Assembly: GCA_965235115.1 (NCBI GenBank)
Contig: OZ249436.1
Coordinates: 16,556,001-16,620,000 of the forward strand
Direction of reading: 5' to 3'
Origin: Laetmonice hystrix
Lineage: Eukaryota
DNA length: 64,000 bases
The stretch's first letter is position 1. The number at the start of each line of letters is the position of its first letter. Positions 51,503 through 64,000 of this stretch are shown piece after piece. A program made the translations under genes and the position numbers. The notes under the pieces are model-generated. The model searched no databases. It saw only the letters and a list, made by a program, of their open reading frames with translations, and was not told the DNA's origin.

Positions 51503-52012
51503 TCTCGTTTGGTCCACTGCCATGCCCGGTCTCCGCACACTGGTGACTGACTGCCATAGGAACCACTAACATTATAGAGTTTTTCACCAAAATTACTCAT
51601 TCCTAAATCTTTTTGTAAATTCATCATACCAACTTCATTGGGCTATTGCACTCAATTCAACAACATTAACATCAGAATCTATCTTCTACATTCAAAGTTC
51701 GCATTGCTCACAAAATAAACTGTGCCCAGGCGGTGAGATTCTACAGACGGTGTATATATATATGTACGGAGTGCACCATGGACTGCGACAAACATCTAAG
51801 ATGGACAACAACTGGCAACTAAACTTTACCAACCTAGTCAGTTTAAACGGTACATGTAAGTCTTCCCACATTGAAGGTAGCCTGGGTATTCTGACCCACT
51901 GTGCCCTGGTCAGTGTAAGAAGGGGCATGGTGGAAAGGGTAAGCATACTTAGAGACCAGAATTGGCCAACTCGCCTGAATTTTTTTAGAACGACTTAGGT
52001 TACCACTGGCCT

Positions 52013-52343
52013 GTCTACTACAAACACAGTCGACTCTCTGGTAGGTCGGCCTAGACTGCTAGCACCTCCCTGCCAGCCAGTCTACTACAAACACAGTCGA
52101 CGCCTTGGTAGGTCGGCCTAGACTGCTAGCACCTCCCTGCCAGCCAGTCTACTACAAACACAGTCGACGCCTTGGTAGGTCGGCCTAGACTGCTACCACC
52201 TCCCTGCCAGCCAGTCTACTACAAACACAGTCGACGCCTTGGTAGGTCGGCCTAGACTGCTAGCACCTCCCTGCCAGCCAGTCTACTACAAACACAGTCG
52301 ACGCCTTGGTAGGTCGGCCTAGACTGCTACCACCTCCCTGCCG
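52013..52343. repeat. Minisatellite, 67-bp unit x5
   Basis: gtctactacaaacacagtcgacgccttggtaggtcggcctagactgc... Confidence 0.9.
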
Positions 52344-53335
52344 GCCCAGATGGATTAAGATTTGTAGCTATCTGTCTGATTCAATTCAGAAATATTTGAT
52401 ATGCTGTAAATTAAATGAACACATAGCTGTTAACACGACTTGTAAGCTCTGTTACCATGACTCAAGTTCAACTACTGTATTATGTAGGTTCAACCAATAA
52501 AAGCTGCACATTTCACAATGTTAGTTGGAATACAGCAGGAATCGGTGACATTATGTATTCGCTGTAACTTAATGTCACTTGGGCTTACATACAACTATAG
52601 CCATTCAACTAATAGGATGACCTTAATATAATGTACCCTTCATTAAAACAAATGTTTACCAGTATCTGATATGCAAATATATACTTGTTATATAAACTAT
52701 TTCCTTGGTTAAATCATATATCAAGCTTTCCGTATATGCCACCCACGGCTTTTTTTGGTGTGTCTTTTTTTTCTTTTTACAGATGGCAGACGATAACACT
52801 AATATCTGTGATATCTTTCTACGGACCATAACAGTGTGACGATCATAATTATTAACTTTCCATCAAAGGAAAACCTCAGTACCTGTGATCAGCTAGCCTA
52901 ATAAATTGCCCACCACTTGGCTGCTCTTTTACCATTTTTATATTTGAAATGGGAAACGATAATCAACATGGCAGCTGTTGAGGTGCTGAGATACAGGTGT
53001 TTGATACACGTACATAAAGTTGACGTCAGAATCGGGGCAGTGTCACAACTGCTATGAACTAACTATCACGCATGGCTGAATCTGATATTCAAGTACAACC
53101 ATATCTTACATAGCATATTGTTGGTTGATGTAAACTTTGTGTGAGGTGGCAAAAAATGTTTTGCATATATTTGATATACTGATTGGGCACCTTTCCTCGG
53201 CCTGGAGAATGCCCCACCCCCACCCCCACCCACAACCGCCGGGTCAACGTCAACCAAGTGGAGACCCTAAAACATGCGCTCAACCACCTCACTGGTCGAC
53301 AAACTGCTTCACCTTCACTCGGCCCTAAGTCTCGG

Positions 53336-53858
53336 CTTCCAACTGTGACCCTTTCCTTCCCCTCAAACTTGATCTCTTTCCATACCTTCCAACTGTGACC
53401 CTTTCCTTCCCCTCAAACTTGATCTCTTTCCGTACTGTGACCCTTTCCTTCCCCTCAAACTTGATCTCTTTCCATACCTTCCAACTGTGACCCTTTCCTT
53501 CCCCTCAAACTTGATCTCTTTCCATACCTTCCAACAGTGACCCTTTCCATCCCCTCAAACGTGATCTCTTTCCATACCTTCCAGTTGTGACCCTTTCCAT
53601 CCCCCCAAGCTTGATCTCTTTCCATACCTTTCAGCTGTGACCCTTTCCATCCCCTCAAACTTGATCTCTTTCCATACCTTCCAACTGCGACCCTTTCCCC
53701 TCAAACTTGATCTCTTTCCATACCTTCCAACTGTGACCCTTTCCATCCCCTCAAACATGATCTCTTTCCATACCTTCCAACTGTGACCCTTTCCATTCTC
53801 TCAAACTTGGATCTCTTTCCGTACCTTCCAACTCTGTCCCTTTCCTACCCCTCAAACT
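53336..53858. repeat. Minisatellite, 50-bp unit
   Basis: aactgtgaccctttccttcccctcaaacttgatctctttccataccttcc. Confidence 0.9.
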
Positions 53859-54654
53859 CTATCCCTATTCACAAAGATAAACTAGATCTCGTCCATTCCT
53901 TCCGTTTACACAAGTTATCTGAGAGGAATTACTTCCTCCCCCTTTTACACCTGGGATTACGGTGGAAAATGTACCACCTTTGAACCAGATTAAGTCTGCA
54001 TTTAGGCCAAAAAAAAACCTCAGCAATCATCAACTTCAATTCTCCTGAAATTGTGATTTGTTGCACTATGTCTTCAGGTCACATTATACTGGACCTAACA
54101 TTACAACGCTGACCTTTCCGTGGTTGTGATTTTAGTGTTTCTGTACCATATTATATACATATATATGTACGTCCACTACTATCCTACTAGAAGAAAGGGA
54201 CGTCCATTACTATACTAGTAATAGCATGGGACGTCCATTACTATCCTAGTAGGAGCATACTATGCAATGAAGCGATCTGTCTGCATGGCCTTTCTGTCTC
54301 AAGTTTACCGCAGTCAAAACCTGTATCATTACAATGTGATATCAATGTAATAATAGCAATAATAAAGACATGAAAATACCTATATTACATCTTTCTTAAA
54401 GCTTGAAAATATCTGAAATATTTTGTGAACACCGGACAACATCGCAGGCTGCGCGCAGCACGAGCCCAAGACTGTCGCAATGAGGATATAAATAATTAAG
54501 TACATTGGTAAATCAGGTAACAGACAAGCAATATAATTTAGGTTAAAATGGTTAGTGAACCAATCTATTGGTAGCCAATCTACTGTTTGACATTGTAAAT
54601 ACTCCCCCTCCCTGGGGCCTGCCGTCTCCAGACCCTGACAACCCTAAACTTACC

Positions 54655-55568
54655 CTTCCCATCCCAACGTTAAACCAATGTTAGCAGTCCTTCCTATCCT
54701 AAAGTTAAACCAATGTTAGCAGTCCTCGCCATGCCAACGTTAAACTAACGTTAGCAGTCCTTGCCATGCCAACGTTAAATCAACGTTAGCAGTCCTTCCT
54801 ATCCCAACGTTAAACCAACGTTAGCAGTCCTTCCTATCCCAACGTTAAACCAACGTTAGCAGTCCTTCCTATCCCAACATTAAACCAACGTTAGCAGTCC
54901 TTGCCATCACAACGTTAAACCAACATTATCAGTCCTTCCTATCCCAACGTTAAACCAACGTTAGCAGTCCTTCCTATCCCAACGTTAAACTAACGTTAGC
55001 AGTCCTTGCCATCCCAATGTTAAACCAACATTATCAGTCCTTCCTATCCCAACGTTAAACCAACGTTAGCAGTCCTCGCCATGCCAACGTTAAACTAACG
55101 TTAGCAGTCCTTGCCATGCCAACGTTAAATCAACGTTAGCAGTCCTTCCTATCCCAACGTTAAACCAACGTTAGCAGTCCTTCCTATCCCAACGTTAAAC
55201 CAACATTAGCAGTCCTTCCTATCCCAACGTTAAACCAACGTTAGCAGTCCTTGCCATCCCAACGTTAAACCAACGTTAGCAGTCCTTGCCATCCCAACGT
55301 TAAACCAACGTTAGCAGTCCTAGCCATCCCAACATTAAACCAACGTTAGCAGTCCTTGCCATCCCAACGTTAAACTAACGTTAGAAGCCCTTGCCATACT
55401 AACGTTAAACCAACGTTAGCAGTCCTTGCCATCCCAACGTTAAACCAACGTTTAGCAGTCCTAGCCATCCCAACGTTAAACCAACGTTAGACTAATATCA
55501 GTCCTTGCCATCCCATCGTTAACCCAATGTTAGCAGTCCTCGTTAAACCAACGTTCGCAGTCCTTGCC
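54655..55568. repeat. Minisatellite, 35-bp unit
   Basis: cccaacgttaaaccaacgttagcagtccttcctat. Confidence 0.9.
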
Positions 55569-57692
55569 TGTGCATCTCACCGCCTCCACTATGGTCTACC
55601 TTGCTGAACCGCCATACATCAGCAGTTTGACAAGACAAAATTTATGAACCAGCACTACATCATAAGTTAACTCATGACATGGAATGAGTACTACATCATG
55701 AGTTAACTCAGGACACGGAATGAGTACTACATCATGAGTTAACTCAGGACATGGAATGAGTACGGGTACTACATCATGAGTTACCTCAGGACACAGAGCC
55801 AGTATTACATCATTAGCTAACACAGGACACGGAATGAGTACTACGTACATTATTTTTTAACTCAGGAGACGAAATGAGTTCTACATCATGAGTAAACTCA
55901 GGACACAGAACCAGCACTCCGTCCTTAGTTAACTGGGGACGCAGAACCAGCACTACATCATAGTTAAATCAGGACGCAGAACTTTCTGAGATCTTTTATC
56001 TTTTTGCCAATATACGAACCGGCAATTCGACAATGTGCCATCAACATTTCCTCATATAATATAACGTACAGGAAGATCAGCCAACTTTGGTGCGATTCTA
56101 CATTTCCCCATTTCCAATGGTTTACCAAGGTATTCTGGTCTGACATATGCACACACTGTATACCCATGTCCACAATGTATATCCATGCACACACTGTATA
56201 CCTGTGCACACACTGTATACCCGTGCACAGGTGTACACACTGTATATCAATGTCGATGGATGGACGTCACAAAGAATCGACTTTTCTCCACCAGCACGCA
56301 CTTCTTTGTTACTTTCACATAGTAACATTACTTGACTTTTAATTTATCGGCAGTTTTTGTTACATTATTTTTCCCACAGGGACTTTGTTACACCCACCCA
56401 GTTTAAGTCCTAACATGGCTGTGATGTCTCACGCAATTAGGATCGATATGAAATCAGCTGTACTGAAAAATACATGATTACAGATTAAGTAACTCAGCTC
56501 TGCGCAGAGTCTTTGGCCATGTCTTGACTCTTCCCTCCGCTCCTACCAACATCTAGGCATGGCCAGACAACTGGTCACACTGCCACAGAACGGCATGCCA
56601 TGACCCAGATACCTAATAAGGTCATCTCCAAAATCAGCTGGAATCTTACTTCATGCTTTTGCACGGGGTCCGGGAGTTCAACATTGGTGGGCAATGTAGG
56701 AATATCATTCCCTTGGTAAAGCAATAAATACAGCATTTTAAGTACAGACATGAAACAGATACAAAACTGTACAACTGTACACAAACATGTTCTGTACTCG
56801 TCCTCGGTACAGGTTGTCACTGACAACTCCTTCATTAATATTTAACTGGAAAAATAACTTTTATCTTTATATGAAAAAGGTCAGACGTGGGATTCTGATC
56901 CTGTTAACCCTCAATAATCATAGCTGGGAATCACCGACTCTTGCCAGGCGTACAGCGGCGTTACCGGGTACAATAATGACATGACCTTGATCTGACCTGG
57001 ACTCAGGCACCAATGGGACACAAATTATCGTACAGGATTAGTGAGGGATGGGGCACTACGGACAAAAAACTATGGAAAGACTTTCCCCAATGTCCTGGTA
57101 AACAATGACCAAGGATCCAGTGTGTTTCCACAGATCACGTGACGGGGATGGAGAGGTTTAGGGTACTGGCTCATACATTGGTAAGTGTGGGGTAGCACTG
57201 ATTTAACAACTACAATCTTCGGAAGGCCTCACAATTCAACCATAGACGACCTAGAAAAGTCATTGTCCAGTCTGCTGCCCCAAGATCAGCCATATACAAT
57301 ACACTCTAACTTTAGTTTCAACACTACCACAAAACGATTAAAAGCTATTTTGCCAATTATCATGCGTGACATTAGTTTACGGTGTGCTGGTGAACCTTTG
57401 AACAGTTGCTTGGGGAAAGAAATTCTTCAACCTTCCGAAATATTTTTGACAAGAACAGTAAGAGATTTCCAATTATCCGATTCTCGTAGTAGTTGTCTCC
57501 CTCCTTGACCTGCTTGTGACCTGAGATCATCACACAACGTGTGCGCCCCAAGTGGCCACCGCCCGGAGCGCCCCCTGCTGAGTCAGCTGAAGGACGTTGT
57601 CAAGTCCGCATCATGCTGCGCACGTTGTACATTGTGTGCCGCCGCCATGTCATCAATCGATATGTGATCGTGGCTCTCCCTGGTGTCGCCAT

Positions 57693-62243
<4,551 letters not shown>

Positions 62244-62754
62244 CCTGCAATACTGGACTACTGGGCAGCACTGACGCCTGCAATACTGGACTAGTTTGTG
62301 GGACCGACGCCTGCAAAACTGGACTACTGGGCAGCATTGACGCCTGTAACACTGGACTACTCGACATCAGTGACGCCTATAATACCGGACTACTGGGCAG
62401 TAGTGACGCCTGTCACACTGGATTATTGGCAGCATTGACTCCTGTAACACTTAAGTACTGGGCAGTACTGACGCCTGGAATACTGGAAGACTGGGCAGCA
62501 CTGACGCCAATAATACTGCACTAAATACCGACGCCTGCAACCCTAAGGCCTGAAACACTGGGATCCCAACAGCATCACTGACGCTTGTAACCCTAGAGTA
62601 CCTGGCATGATGTTACGCTATCACAACACCCCTCTACACAGTAACACGATCATCTCAACCCGATAAATCATGCATGGAAACGGCAACTGGTGGCGCCCTC
62701 TAACAGAACATGTGGTCTCATATTTTGGGCATGGTTCAACTTTACAAGGCTTCT

Positions 62755-63425
62755 TATTCACTCAGTTGTGTCACACACCTAGACCAGCCTAGTACATTCA
62801 CCCAGTTGTGGCATATGCCTAGACTGGCCTAGTACATTCACCTGTGTTGTGTCACACACCCAGACCTGTCTAGTACATTCATCCTGTTGTGTCACACACC
62901 CAGACCTGTCTAGCACATTCACCCTGTTGTGTCACACACCCAGACAGGCCTATTACATTCACCCTGTTGTGTCACACACCTAGACAGGCCTAGTACATTC
63001 ACCCTGTTGTGTTACACATCCAGACAGGCCTAGTACATTCACTCTGTTGTGTTACACATCCAGACAGGCCTAGTACATTCACCCTGTTGTGTCACACATC
63101 CAGACAGGCCTAGTACATTCACCCTGTTGTGTCACACACCCAGACCTGTCTAGTACATTCATCCTGTTGTGTCACAACTAGTACATTCACCCTGTTGTGT
63201 CACACATCCAGACAGGCCTAGTACATTCACCCTGTTGTGTCACACATCCAGACAGGCCTAGTACATTCAGCCTGTTGTGTCACACACCCAGACCTGTCTA
63301 GTACATTCATCCTGTTGTGTCACAACTAGTACATTCACCCTGTTGTGTCACACATCCAGACAGGCCTAATACATTCACCCTGTGGTGTCACACATCCAGC
63401 CAGGCCTAGTACATTCACCCTGTTC
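62755..63425. repeat. Minisatellite, 40-bp unit
   Basis: tagtacattcaccctgttgtgtcacacatccagacaggcc. Confidence 0.9.
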
Positions 63426-64000
63426 CTGTGCCAACAATGCCATCTCATCGATAAGATCTTGAAAGAATTGTGATATAATTCTCCCAAGATTAGATCAAAC
63501 CCCTCAGCCCTCCACCACAAATTACATTTTCAATATCATTTCACAAGTAGCCTACCGGCACACACACCATTGCGAATTTCTACCCTACCATATGGTCACA
63601 TACTGCCTGTGTGTGATATGGTCACACACTTCCTGTGTGTGACCATATAGTAGGCAGGAATGAGGCACTGTGTGTTGTTTCAGTACCTCGACTACAAGGA
63701 TGTAGGTTTGACAACTCCGCGTATTTTTAACCTTCGGTCTTTTCTCCTGAGACGGACTCACGGGCCAAGTACAGGCGGGCTGGGTGGGGGACTCGTTCGA
63801 ACCCTGATCGATTCAATGCCACCGGCACCTGGGCTGAGGTAGTCGTGCCTGCCTCAAACCATTGCCTGCCACTAGACAGGCAGCGCCAGGCCAGGCAGGT
63901 TAAACATGCACTAGCGACGGCTGTACTGCGCACCACCCTATCACAGGGTGAGCACCCGTCCCACACCACCCTATCACACAGTGAGCACCCGTCCCACACC

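Overview
Eukaryotic (metazoan, probably marine invertebrate) genomic DNA, rich in introns and minisatellites; most ORFs in the supplied track are translations of tandem repeats. Hand splicing with phase checks gives: (1) a + strand 17-exon class I cytokine receptor of gp130/Domeless architecture (~15351-49466, ~1375 aa: signal peptide, Ig-like domain, cytokine-binding module, 3 FN3, TM, long repetitive tail); (2) inside its 19.3-kb intron, a complete-looking 17.7-kb animal EnSpm/CACTA (CMC)-type DNA transposon (24615-42271, CCCAG termini, 2-bp CT TSD) encoding an intact spliced DDE transposase and a 12-exon DUF4806-like accessory gene; (3) six 3' exons of a convergent TMEM184B-like gene on the - strand (57693-61756); (4) many non-autonomous DNA elements with clean TIRs/TSDs and SINE-like elements. 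The most unusual pattern is that intronic minisatellites are repeatedly built from the adjacent exon-intron junction, making arrays of decoy splice sites; in TMEM184B the array copies differ from the real exon only at synonymous positions. All family names come from motif recognition, not database searches.
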